From an uncultured virus (IMG/VR IMGVR_UViG_3300047539_000147) (lineage: Duplodnaviria > Heunggongvirae > Uroviricota > Caudoviricetes), in IMG/VR virus record IMGVR_UViG_3300047539_000147: DNA of 64,000 bases, one strand, 5' to 3'. The first letter of the stretch is position 1. Each line of letters starts with the position of its first letter. This document shows, in pieces, positions 63,151 to 64,000 of this stretch. A program made the translations under genes and the position numbers. Under the pieces are notes generated by a model. It saw only the letters and a list, made by a program, of their open reading frames with translations, searched no databases and was not told the origin of the DNA.

Positions 63151-63645
63151 TTAATTGATGCGGTAAGTGCGCTCACCTCCAACGGGCTTGAAGGATTCCA
63201 CGGCGTATCCGGCCTTTTTCATCGCGCCCGCCATGAACCCGCGCACCGTGTGCTTCTGCCATCCCATGCTCTGCATAATCTCCGAGAGCGTGGCGCCGTT
63301 CTTGCGTTGCAGCATGGCCACCACCTGCGCCGTCTTGCTGCCTGGGCGTGCGGCGGGGATCTCGGGCACCGGAGCAGACTTCTTGGCCGTGGGCGCTTTC
63401 TTGGCGGTGGTGGCCTTCTTGCCGGCCTTCCCCTTGGCGGGCGCGCCCTGGGCCGCCCGTGCGCCACCCTTGGCCGGGCGGGCGGCTTGGGCCTTGGCAG
63501 GCGGCGCCGGCTGCGCCAGCGCGCCGAGTCCCTGAATGCGCTCCCAGATGCGGCGCGCGGCGGCCTTGTGGTCCTGGAACTTCTTGACGGACTGTACGCC
63601 CGGCAGGCTGCTCCAGATCGCGACCAGCCGCTTGGCCGGCCATCG
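63151..63645 (-). pseudogene. Second DUF3489 gene, 5' truncated
   Basis: SKTAQVVAMLQRKNGATLSEIMQSMGWQKHTVRGFMAG. Confidence 0.8.
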
Positions 63646-63649
63646 ACGA

Positions 63650-64000
63650 TGCCGAATTGTTGCGATTGCTTGCCGAAACAAGCTGCCCCCGAGGGATGCA
63701 CCGACCCCGATGCGGCGCCCCCAGTACCACCGCTGCCCGTCTCCCTGCCCGGCGATCGGTGGATCTTGGGAGAGCATCGCCTGCTCTGTGGGGATGCCGC
63801 CCAGCGGGCAGACCTGGACACCGTGCTGGCCGGCGAACCATCCCGCATGGTGTTCACGGACCCGCCTTACAATGTCGCCTATGAGGGCAAGACGAGCCGC
63901 AAACTGCGCCTCGCAAACGATGCCCTGGGCGGCCAGTTCCAGGAATTCCTGCGGCAGGCCTGCACTCAACTGATGGAAGTTTGCCGCGGCGCCATCTACA
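63650..64000 (+). pseudogene. Fragment of phage ParB-type DNA methyltransferase lacking its N-terminus, runs off window
   Basis: LGEHRLLCGDA..FTDPPYNVAYEGKT, paralogous to 42504-43807. Confidence 0.8.

Noticed and set aside
1..64000. CRISPR array, rRNA, intact tRNA, IS transposase, reverse transcriptase/DGR
   Set aside because: No repeat-spacer periodicity, RNA gene, DDE transposase or YxDD RT motif was seen; the tail repeats differ at synonymous and non-adenine positions, unlike TR/VR pairs

Overview
High-GC window, probably Acidobacteria-like (inferred from the Hydin-type Ig fragment, PEP-CTERM-style fragment and integrase type at the right edge), made almost entirely of mobile DNA. (1) About 1-10.3 kb: tyrosine-integrase element (int, xis-like, UvrD helicase, RepB-type primase, HTH genes) carrying a Detocs-like kinase / REC-PNP-EAD pair. 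(2) About 10.6-61.1 kb: lambda-like (GpA terminase, S49 protease) siphovirus prophage on the minus strand with its own ECF-like sigma factor, Toprim/SF3 primase-helicase and a DUF2924/large serine recombinase module; no lysis or CI genes were recognised. It carries three inserts: a truncated DUF262 (GmrSD-like) gene, a type III RM operon whose Res subunit runs in frame into an Xre/MbcA-type antitoxin domain followed by a RES toxin, and a tightly coupled five-gene cassette (membrane protein with Walker-A-less KaiC-like domain, SAMHD1-like HD hydrolase, two SPPY methyltransferases, cytidylate-kinase-like enzyme) that is the best candidate for an undescribed system. A bipartite motif GTGAGACA-N14-TGCGTATATAGTG precedes both the late operon and the recombinase operon. 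(3) About 61.1-64 kb: a tRNA 3' fragment and gene debris. Many single-base frameshifts suggest long-read indel errors, so gene splits and fusions need read-level confirmation. All family calls come from motif recognition by eye; no searches were run.
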